From Azolla caroliniana (lineage: Eukaryota; Plantae; Polypodiophyta), in contig JBHGNT010000129.1 in assembly GCA_043228905.1 (NCBI GenBank), forward strand, positions 1 through 64,000: 64,000 nucleotides of DNA, written 5' to 3'. The notes beneath the pieces are model-generated. The model was not told where the DNA came from. It searched no databases and worked only from the letters and a program-made list of their open reading frames with translations. Shown here piece by piece: positions 53,913 to 64,000 of this stretch. The translations under genes and the position numbers were made by a program. Each line of letters starts with the position of its first letter. The first letter of the stretch is position 1.

Positions 53913-56900
53913 TCATTCCCCGCCCGTCGGTTCTTCCTCGGTTTCGGATCGTTCGTCGTCGCGGTCCAGGCCCACTGGATCCGGCTCGTCGTCGTGACGC
54001 TTCTTGAACGCTTTGATCCGCTTTCCAGCTACCGGTATCGCCATTCTCATGCCGTCGAGCTCCGCCAGATGGTACGTCCCGTTGTCGTTGGCGCTTTGTA
54101 CCACGTAAGGCCCGAACCACCTTCTTGCGAACTTCCGTGTCGCTCGGTGCTGGTTGTCAAGGCTGCTGTCGTAGACTAGCACCCAGTCGCCTTCCTCGAT
54201 CTTCTTCGGCCGGAGCCGGTGCGTTCTGTCGAACCGGGCTTTGTTCCTCATCCTTGCTTCCCGAAGCCTTTCCGCAGCCTGCTCCACGTCCTCTGGTCTT
54301 CGCTCGAGCTGTCGTATACGCGCCGCCAGTAGTTCCTCCCGGCTCATCTCGTCTCTCCAATCCACGGTTGCCCACGAGGTGATCGTACGTTCCATCGGCA
54401 TGACCGGCTTCTGCCCAAACATGAGCTCTGCCGGCATGAATCCGGTTACCGAACTGTGCGTAGCTCGGTCCGCCCACAACGCGTAAGGCAACAGCCGCGG
54501 CCAGTTCCCGACTTGACCTCCGCATGCCCGAACTAACGCCTTGACGATCGGTCCGTGTCCGCGCTCCACCTTCCCATTCGCCTCCGGATTGTACGCAGTG
54601 GTAAGCGAGAGCTTGACTCCTAGCCGGTCGAACAGCTCCTCGGCCTCTTCGGCGTCCAACTCCCCGTGATCAGCCACGATCTTCCCGACGCACTCGTACC
54701 GGAATATCACGTCCTCGATCAGGAACCGACATACGGCCGCGGTCGTTTTGTTCTGAAGGGCTCGGCCTTCCACCTGGTTCGTCAGATCTTCCCGAGCCAG
54801 GACCAGATACCGCATCTGTCCTACTCCCATCGGCATCGTCACCAGGTCTACCATCCATTTGAAGTGGATGGTCGGAGGGTATGTAGGGTGAAGCTCGTCC
54901 CGATGTCGGACTACGGAGTGCATCTGACAGCTCTCGCAAGTCGTCACGAACCGATGTACATCGCGGTACAGTCCCGGCCACCAGTACTTCCCCTTTATCT
55001 TCTCGAACGTGGCCCACGTTCCACGGTGTCCGGCCCAAGGGCTGTCGTGGTAGCCCGTCAGCAGCTCCTCCTGTTCTTCCTTCATCGCCACCACCCGGAG
55101 CGGGACGCCGTTCCTCTTCTTCGGGTGCTTCCATAAGTATCCGTCCCGGAGAAAGAATCGGTAAGCTTTCTTTCGGATCCGGTTGGCCTCGTCCTTCGTC
55201 CACGACGCATCCGGCGTCATTGTCCTCAGAAACCTACCGATCTGCAGCCACTCGCCGTCGTACTTGCTCTCGTCGAAGCCGTTAAGTGTCGGAGTGCTCG
55301 CCCCATCGGTCGTCACGTACGCCGTCTCGAAGAAGTCCACGCTGACTTCTTCGTCCTCCGAAACCATGCCGCCCTCGTCATCAAACCTCGCCCTCGAAAG
55401 CATTTCGGCCATGGCGTTGTCCTTTCCGGAAATGTGTCGTATCTCCGGGTCCACGGACTTGATGTACGCTATCCACCTGAGCATCGCCAGGTCCGGTGTC
55501 GCGCATCCGGAAACCATGCCGAGAATCGGCAGGCAATCCGTTTCGATAATCACTTCTGTCCCAATCAGGTAGTCTTTGTCCGCCTTTACCGCCGAAACGA
55601 TACCCCAGAGTTCGCGTTTAACCTGGGCGTACCCTCGCTGTCGCTCACTGAGGACCTTAGCGCCGAATCGGATCGGGAACCGGGTGCCGTCCTCGTCTTC
55701 TTGGTTGACGACCCATCCGATCCCGGTCGGGCTCGTATCCACCGTTATGTATACCGGGGTATCCTTCTCGTAGACAGCCTTCCGGAGCGCCGGTGCTGCC
55801 GCAAGAGCTTCCTTGAGCTTCCGGACCGACTCCGTGTGCTCGTCTCGCCACTGGAATCTTTGCCCCTTCTTCAGCAACCCGTATAGTGGCTCCGCAACGT
55901 GGGCGTAATGCGGGATCCATATGTGGTAGAACGCGCATGCCCCCAGGAACCTCCGAACTTCCGTAACCGAGCTACAGTCGGTCTTCATCGCGGAGATGGC
56001 TTCTACCTTTGCCGGAGACGGCTTCCGGCCATATGGTCCACATAGGTGCCCGACCACCAGGATTTCTGATTGCCCGAAGGCCGATTTCTCCCCGGAGAAG
56101 GTGAGCCTCGCATCCTCTAGCCTTTGTAGCACCTTCTCGCAGTCGTCGATGTGTGTTGCTACAAATCGTCGCCATCCGTCCGGCCCGAGTGTCTCGTCCT
56201 TCTCTTCCACCGGGCACCCCTTGATAGGGATGTCGTCTAGAAACGACATGGTGATGTTCGGGATGCAATCCCTCAATACTTTGTTCATTGCATTCACCAT
56301 GTGGGCCACCGAGTTGGTCCCTCCTTGTGGCAGGGTACACATTCGCACTAGGCCGAGGGGAGTTCGCATCGTCGTAATGTCTCTGCTCTCCACGGCTAGC
56401 TGGAACTAGTCGTACCCCGAGTACAGATCACCGACCGAGTAAATCGACCTTCCGGCGAAGGCCTCCGCGAACTCGTCTATGGTCGGTCCGATTCCTGCGT
56501 TCCGGATGGTCACTCTGTTGACCAGCTACAGGTCCTGAATGAAGCGCAATGTTCCATTTTTCTTTGGTACGGTAAACCATCGGTTCGAGTATGGCGCGCT
56601 CGACGGTTCGAGAATACCCATATCGACTTTCTGCCTCAATAGCTCCATCAACTTCGGGATGTGAGCTCTCGGTACTGGAATCGGCTTGAGATTCCACGGT
56701 ACATGCGGTACCGTGAATATCACCATCGGCTCCACGATCGTCGGGTCCACGCACCCGATCTCTTCCAGTGAGAATGCGAAGGCTTTCCCGTGCCTTCCGA
56801 GCATTCTCCGAAACCGGTCTTCCTCCGCCCGCAGTAGGAACCCGCCCCCACCGATTTTGAGCTCCCGGAGCGTTCCGTCGGTGAAGGTGTGTCCTATGCA

Positions 56901-57257
56901 GGCCGGATCTCGTAAACTGGGGTCCGACGCCACCCCTCTGATTCGGGACTCGCTGCCCTCCGGCAAGGGTGCCGCGACCGGCCTTACCTTCCGATCCACA
57001 GTCTTGTACTTCGTGCTAACTCGGGCCATCCGATCCGACCCGAGCCCCCGACTGAAGTTCGCGATGACTTCGTACATCTCTTCGGAACATACCGGTATCG
57101 TCCGGTCTTCGTTAAGGTCTTCTCCGGCTACCTTCCTCAGCATCCCCAAGGTGTCGTCGAAGAAGACCGCCTCCACGGCTCCGCTGATTTTCCTCGTCCG
57201 GGCCGAGAACTCCGCACGCTCGAAGTCGCTCTTCCGCCCTTGTCTTTTCTCGGCCAA
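53913..57257 (-). pseudogene. RT-RNaseH-integrase of element F; two in-frame TAG stops near 56526 and 56407
   Basis: Motifs PKKNGTLRFIQDL, LPQGGTNS, FLDD, VDTSPTGIG, HDSPWAGH...CESC, NGKVERGH and WFGPY. Confidence 0.93.
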
Positions 57258-57320
57258 CGATGCCGACTATCATACACCCTCCGTTGTCGGAGAAGCAAAA
57301 TCTCCTACCTATCGTACAAT

Positions 57321-57387
57321 CGTGGGGTCTTTCCCGAGTGTCTGGACTGTCTCGGCCCCACGCCTTGGCAGCCCTCTCTAAAAATCC
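57321..57387 (-). promoter_or_regulatory. Candidate -1 ribosomal frameshift signal (G GAU UUU plus downstream pseudoknot)
   Basis: The heptamer abuts the gag-pro stop. After a 6-nt spacer, GGGCUG/CAGUCC and CGUGGGG/CCCCACG form interleaved pairings. Confidence 0.6.
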
Positions 57388-59449
57388 TCCCGGTTCTAGC
57401 CACCGAGGGATTCGCGGTTTCTCTCGTGGTTCGGCCGCACTGTCAGAAACTGAACCGAATGGCGCCCGTCCTGGCTTTTGACCCTCGCGTAGGCCGAACC
57501 GTTGTCTAGCACCTTGGTCTCCATTCGCGCCGCCGTGATGTACGGTTCCCCTAATATGACCGGGTGCGAGGACGTCTCCTGTACGAAGAAGTGCTGGTCA
57601 ATCTCGACGTCGCCGATCTTGACTCGCACGTTCGGGTAGGCCCCGTGTAGTTCCTCGGTGGCGCGCGTCGCCGCCCGTATCTTCCACCCGTGCTTGGTGT
57701 TGATCGGCCACTTTCCCTTCTTATAGAAGTCCATGGACATCAGGTTTATTTCCGAACCGTGGTCCACCAATGCCACCACCGGTTCCTGAACATCTCCGAT
57801 CTTTACCGGGGTCTCCGTGGTCGCTCGGGCCCAGTGAGGCCACGTCGTCGATGTGCGTCGTCCGCACCTCCACCGGTCTTTCCGGTTCCGTCTCCGTCGA
57901 CAGCCTCTTCCGTTTCACTAGGTCCACAATGGAGTCGTGGAACTCCTTCTTTGTGATCCCTAGCACCTCTCGCAATGACAACTCCACTTTGCTGTCGAGG
58001 ATCCGTTCTTCTAGGACCTTTCGTAGGTCCGTAGTCCTTTCTATTTCCGTCCCCAGTCGGTATCTGCCCTTCCTGGGGTTATCTTGCGCGTCGGACCCAC
58101 CGGCATTGTTCCGTCGTTGGCCGAATCGGGTCTCGTACCGTTGAGAGGGCCCGGCCGCTCCGGCTTTCCCCACTCGCTTGTCTTCAACCAGAGCCTCGTA
58201 GTTTCGGCAGGCGGTTTCTACAAAGCCCGTCTTCTCCTCGACCGGATCGCTCCACCCGGTTATTTCCCGGACCAGTCTCTCAGCACGGTCCGTTTCGTCT
58301 TTCCTTGGCCGTGCGCCGGCAAGACCTTCCAGCATTGCTGACCAGAATCCGTCTTTGCCCTCCTTACGGGCCTCGCTGCCCCCGACCCGAATGTCGGCCG
58401 ACGCCGAGTAGTGGATGGCCTCCACGTGTCGGGCCGCTGCCTCTTCCATCAGTCTCTTCATACCTCCTCGTCCGTCGTTTCGGTTTAGGGCCCTTCTGGT
58501 TTCGCCGGCGTGCACCCGGCCTTCCCACAGGTACACCACCCGGCGAAATCGCCGCAGTCCTTCCGGATGTGGCCGACCTCGTCGCACCACATGCACCTGT
58601 TCCCTACTGCCGGTCGTCGGTCACGAGCCGGTTCGCCGCCTTCCCTTCGAATCTGGGCGATCTGGAGATCCTTTATCGCCTGCGTCAACTCCTCCAGCGC
58701 TGCTCCTCCGGACGAGCCATTGACCATGCCGGTCGAAGCCGGACCGGTTTCGAGCCATTCCCGGGTTTCTTCCCTTCGTACTTGCGGCGCCGGTTCAAGC
58801 CTCCTTGCTGTAACAGAGCCCGCACCGGCCGCCCCGTTGTCAGCCCATTCTCGCCGTTTGTCGAAATGGCCACAAACTCTCTTAACCGCAGCCCAGTCGG
58901 TTGTCAACCCGTCTTCGGTTTCCAGCAAGGAGCCGACTTGATCCCGGTCCCGCTCGTCCACCGACTTGAAGAACAGTAGGACCCAGCTCGTATCCAGGAT
59001 AGTTCGATCAAGCGCCGAAAGGCGTGCAAAGCGTTCTTCGAACTCCCGGAGGAGTGCCGACGCGTTTCTTCCTTTGCCGGGGGACTCCACCCATTCCATG
59101 AAGTCCCGTTTCGAAAGCCGGAGCGCGTCATCCAGCCCATATTTCTCTAGGAGTCGAACTTCGAACTCCTCCCAGGTACGGCTCTCCGCCCGTACCTCGA
59201 GCACCTCCGCATGGATGCTCGGCATCACCACTCGAGGGAACCCGGCAAGACGCCTCTCTTCCGGAATGTCCCGCATCAGCATTTCCGCCCCGTAGGACGC
59301 CAAATACTTCGTAGCATCCTTTCCACTTAAACGGCCGATCGTACCGACCACCGCCTCAATGGCTCTGTCGAGGGCGCCGGTGCCCTCGCGTGTGCTCAAT
59401 ATCCGATCCACGGCCGAAGCCATGGCCTCCGCAAGATCCGACCCCCTCA
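57378..59449 (-). pseudogene. gag-protease of element F, with two frameshifts (~58540, ~57840) and a TAG at 57396
   Basis: Zinc knuckle CMWCDEVGHIRKDC and protease ALVDHGSEINLM. The frame ends ...REDF*. Confidence 0.85.
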
Positions 59450-60483
59450 TCTTCTGCTCTTCTGCCGCCTCTTTCACGTCGGGTTCACCAAAGATGTCGA
59501 GGTATTCCTCGCGGATGCGTGGAATGAGGCGGAACCTCGGGGGTCCTGTACCAAAGAGCGAGAGAGGAAGGGGAAGAAAGCCTCTACGTGCGAGCGTAGA
59601 TCCACAGGGACACGGCCCTTCGACGCAAAGACACAAGTGGGACAGCGACACAGAAAGACACGAATGTATGTATGTATTAACAAAGACAAACAACAAGAAC
59701 ATGAAGACAACAAAACACGAAGTCGGTTACAACCGAACAGGCCGGCGAACAGATGCCGATACCTATTCGTAAACGCACAGAAAGACAGGAACAGGTTGGA
59801 GGTGCTGCCGGAAGCACTCGGGCATTCCTCAAAGCAGCGCGAGCCTCCCGAAACCTGCACAGAAGGAAGCTATGGAGTTTGCGAACCAGAGAGAGAGAGA
59901 GAAGCCTTCACACGCAAACCGACAGCACTTCATACTCGACTCTCCGCGATCCCCCCCCCCTTCTCGTCTCCCTCCTTTTTATAGGCAAGGAAGGAGCCGT
60001 TTCCCCTTTACTTCCTACCCACTAAATCTACCCACCTAGGATCTTCTATGGACAACATTCGAGAAGAGCCGGTTCCTACGCTCCTGTGCACCGATTCTGC
60101 TTGTGGACGGTTTTCTTCACGACAACGCCAAAGAGTAATCAAGTCGGGACAAGAATCCCATGTAATAAGGGATTTATCCCACGATGCTACAGATCCCTCT
60201 CCTTGTTCTATAAAAGGGAGGGAGCGCCCTTGGTGAAGGGGTTGCCCATTTTTGCATTCGTAGGGTATATCGTTGGATTAAGAGACGTCATCTCTTTCTC
60301 TTTCTCTTCCTCTTGTTTAGGGTTTCGTTTCTTCTTCTTTCCTCTACTTCTTCCTGTTCGTCGTTCTGTGTATCGAGCCAGGGACATCTAGTGTTTTTGT
60401 TTTCTGCCCCGTCCTCTGTGCAAGACCCCGCTTGGCGCGACAAGGCCGAGAGCTCCCTGACCAGCGGCTTGGCAATAGACGAT

Positions 60484-63400
60484 TGTTGCAACCTAAGCTA
60501 CTTAGGTCGGGCTTGTTGGGATTACGGTCCCTCTGGATGGGATGGTCAGATGTCCGGGAATCGGGAATGAAGACCCGGATGATGAAGACCCGGTTTCGGA
60601 TCCGGATGATGAAGACCCGTTTTTACGGATCCGGATGATGAAGACCCCGGCTACGGAGCCGGATGACGAATGTACCGGAGAGAGATCCGGATGCGGGGAC
60701 ATATTTGTGAATATGTTTGCCAAGAGCCCTCTAGGCTATATTTGTAAATAGCCCGAAAGTCATATATGTATAAATATGACTTAGGGCAAACAGTTTTGGT
60801 TGTTGTTGCTCATTTTTCTGTTTTCCACTTAGAGGGAGCGAAGTGAGAGCAGCCGAGAGAGAGAGTGAGAGAGAGAGAAAGGAAGAGGTCGACGCCTCTG
60901 TGTAATACCGCCGCCTGTGGCGAGGAAAGCGAGCTCAAGGTCGTCGCCTTGCAGCTCGCCATTGTACATTCCCTGCGTATAGTGATAGTTGGAGTCTTGC
61001 ACTCCCGTGGTTTTTTTTCCGTCTAGGGTTTTCCACGCTAAACCCTGTGCATTCGAGTCTCTCTCTGTGTTTTCGATTTACTGTTGCATTGATCCGTGTT
61101 TCCTCGGTTGTGGCCGAGAGGTGAAGGTTTTGAAAGCGTCAATTCCTATCAATCTGGTATCAGAGCGACTGCAGTGCAGAAAATGGAAGGCGGCAGCAGC
61201 GGGCAGCCGGGGATGATGGTGCTGAATGCGCAGAACTACGCCGACTGGAAGATAAAGATGGAGGATCTGCTCATTGTTCGGGACCTGTATGAACCGATCG
61301 ACAGGTCGGAAATACCCAAGGGGGTACTTGAGACGGAATGGAGGCTTCTGAACCGGAAAGCCGTTGCAACCATTCGGCAATACGTCGACGTGAGCGTTCT
61401 ACAACATGTGGCGAACGACACCAACGCATATGAGATGTGGCAGAAGCTGTCGGGCCTCTACGAGAGGAAGAATGCGTTGAACCGGACCTCCCTGATGAGG
61501 AAGATAGTGAACCTCAAGTACCGGGACGGCGAGAATATGGTGGAACACGTAAGCACGTTCATGGGATTCGTGAACCAGCTTGCGGCGATCAAGTTCCCAT
61601 TGGAGGATGCAATGCAAGCCATCATTCTGATGTGTACATTGCCGGAAAGCTGGGAGAACTTGGTGGTGACTCTCAGCACCTCCTGCACCGAAGATAACTT
61701 GTCCCTACAAACAGTAAAGACAAGCATTTTGAACGAAGAAGCGCGTCGGAGAGATAAAGAACCGGCCTCCGATCCGAAGATGCTGCTTACCGAATCGGAT
61801 CGGGGAAGACAACGGAACCGGAGTCCGCAAAGACGGGAGAAGTCGGGGAGGAAGGCCCGGTCGTAGTCAAGAGGAAGGCCCACATGCTTCCACTGTGGGA
61901 AGCCGGGGCACTTCCGAAAGAATTGTCGGCATTACAGAAAAGACAACGGAGCCGACGACACCGATTCGAAGAAGTCTTCGGAACGGAACGGTGCTTACCG
62001 GGGAGCCACGGACCGGAATGGTTCGGATCGGCGAGGGCAGGACCAGAAAGGAACGACGGCACTCGCGGCAAGTGAAGAGGAGATCATGCTCATCACCGAA
62101 GAAGGTGAACTAAACATTGCCGGCGATGAGACTACCTGGGTGGTCGATTCCGGAGCGTCGTTCCACCTGACCCCGGAAAGAAGATACTTCTCATCCTACA
62201 CAGCCGGTGAGCATGGCTGTGTTCGGATGGGAAATGAAGGTACGTGCCGGATTGCCGGCATAGGAGATGTATGGTTGACAACCTCGACTGGATGCAAAAT
62301 GTTACTGAAGGATGTCCGACACGTTCCGGAGGTTCGATTGAACCTGATTTCGGCCGGGAGGCTAGACGATGAAGGCTACACAGGTAGCATCCGGAACTGC
62401 GTAATGAAGTTCAGCAAGGGGAGCCTGATAGTGGCTCGGGCCCGGAAAGTCAACACACTGTACCTTATGAATGCCTGGTTGTGTCCGGAGGAGTTGAACG
62501 TGGCAGCCGACACTACCGGTGAGCTGTGGCACAAGAGACTGTGCCACATGAGTGAGAAGGGGATGAAGAGGCTTGCAGAAGACAACCTTATTCCAGTGAA
62601 GCATGTGCACCTGGAGAAGTGCACCGATTGCCTGGCCGGTAAGCAGAACCGAACCTCCTTCCACTCAAGGCCACCGACGAGACGTAGCGCACCATTGGAG
62701 TTGGTGCACTCTGACGTGTGTCAAGTAGAAACGAAGTCACATGGCGGAGCCCAGTACTTCGTGACATTCATTGATGACCACAGCCGGAAGCTGTGGACGG
62801 CACCGTTGAAGACAAAGGACCAAGTGTTGTGCGTCTTCAAAGAACTCCACGCGAGAGTGGAAAGGGAATCCGGCAAGAAGCTGAAAGCGATACGAGCGGA
62901 TAACGGAGGGGAATACCGGGGGCAGTTCAAGGAGTACTGTCGCTCGAAGGGAATCCGGCTCGAGTTTACTGTGCCGAAGACGCCGGAACTGAACGGGCTG
63001 GCCGAGAGGATGAACCAGACCATAATGGAGAGGGTCCGGAGTATGCTGGCGCATGCGAAATTACCCAAGGGGTTTTGGGCTGAGGCAATGTCGACGGCGA
63101 CATACGTGATAAACAGATCACCCTCAGTACCTTTGGACGGAGACACGCCGCAGAGAGTGTGGACCGGTAGGGAAGTATCCTACCGGCACCTGAAGGTGTT
63201 CGGGTGTCTCGCATATGTGCATGTGGCAAAGGACCGGAGAGGAAAGCTAGATCCAAAGACCCAGCCATGCATATTCCTCGGTTACGGCGATGACGAGTTC
63301 GGCTACCGAGTATGGGACCCGGTCGACAAAAAGATATTCCGGAGTCGTGATATCATCTTCATGGAGGACAAGACACTCGCCGACTGGGAGTCGGAGAAGA

Positions 63401-64000
63401 AGATGAAGAGCTCCAAGTCGACCGGTGAGGATCAACTCTACGAGGACCAGTCCCGACCGGCAAGGGACCGGTTAGCACTCGAGGATCCGGCCGAAGACGG
63501 TGAAGAAACAGAACCGGCCGAGGAAGATGAAACTGATACCGGAACCGGCCCCTATCCCGAAATGGATTCGGATGAAGAGGAAACGGAGGAGCCGGTTGCC
63601 GAAGCTCCGGAACGGAGATATCCTCTAAGAGAGAGAAGGGCCCCCCGGAGATTTCCGGAACCAGAGCACGTGCTGCTAACCGACGAGGGGGAGCCGGAGA
63701 GTTTTGAAGAAGCAAAGCTTGACACCCATAGCCGCAGGTGGTTAAGTGCCATGCAGGAGGAGATGGATTCCCTGCATGAGAACCACACATATAAACTTGT
63801 GGAGTTGCCGAAAGGAAAGCGGGCACTTCGAAACAAGTGGGTGTTCAAGCTGAAACCGGGAGATGCCGGAAACCCCCCGAGATACAAAGCCAGGATCGTG
63901 GTGAAGGGGTTCCAGCAGAAGAAGGGCGTCGACTTCGACGAGATATTTGCCCCGGTAGTGAAGATGACCTCCATCCGGACGGTGCTGAGCATAGCGGCAA
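60484..64000 (+). mobile_element. Young Ty1/copia element (G), 5' part; LTR 60484-61151, Met PBS 61155-61166
   Basis: TGTTG...TATCA LTR with CCGGATGATGAAGAC repeats, followed by TGGTATCAGAGC. CpG-rich internal sequence. Confidence 0.93.
61183..64000 (+). CDS. Copia gag-pol polyprotein, open to the window edge apart from one in-frame TAG at 61864-61866
   Basis: CFHCGKPGHFRKNC, WVVDSGASFH, LWHKRLCH, ELVHSDVC, RADNGGEY, NGLAERMN and YKARIVVKGFQQ are all in the gag frame. Confidence 0.9.

Larger units (their letters stand above)
53208..60124 (-). mobile_element. Full-length non-chromoviral Ty3/gypsy element (F), tRNA-Trp primed
   Basis: LTRs 59495-60124 and 53208-53839 differ by roughly ten substitutions (by eye). 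PBS 59473-59490 and PPT GGGGGCGGA. Domain order gag-ZnK-PR-RT-RH-INT with no chromodomain. Confidence 0.95.
53088..60483 (+). mobile_element. Gypsy LTR (E) split into 53088-53207 and 60125-60483 by element F; copia G inserted at its U5 end
   Basis: TGTCGTGAAGAATTTCGGC start. The second half has TATAAAAGGG, a CT-rich R region and the CAAGACCCC U5 motif. Confidence 0.65.

Noticed and set aside
60479-60483. Copia G flank acgat as another CpG-target case
   Set aside because: It belongs to a different superfamily with a 5-bp TSD, its other end is outside the window, and the other copia has TSD GGTGG.
53129-63992. Numerous overlapping 60-230-aa ORFs in alternative frames
   Set aside because: These are expected in GC-rich retroelement DNA, and none has recognisable motifs.

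Overview
Eukaryotic land-plant genomic DNA, AT-rich and CpG-depleted outside young retroelements. The repeat types and LTR lineages suggest a fern or other seed-free vascular plant (inference). The first ~19 kb hold four minus-strand genes: VPS25 (5' part), a SUV3/DExH18-type mitochondrial helicase, an AAGAB/p34-like gene and a BPP-type Ser/Pro-rich gene. The rest is transposon territory. It includes a complete 4.37-kb hAT element (perfect 21-bp TIRs, perfect 8-bp TSD) carrying a full ubiquitin-RPS27a ORF, a decayed copia element with a solo LTR inside, hAT-type MITEs (two with cargo), LINE remnants, and a deeply nested pile of tRNA-Trp-primed gypsy elements plus a young copia. Three signals stand out. 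(1) All seven readable insertion junctions of the Trp-primed gypsy LTR group sit on an N-CG-N tetramer, suggesting CpG-directed integration. (2) The hAT element has captured UBQ-RPS27a. (3) A slippery site plus pseudoknot lies between protease and RT in the gypsy element. All calls were made by eye, with no database search.
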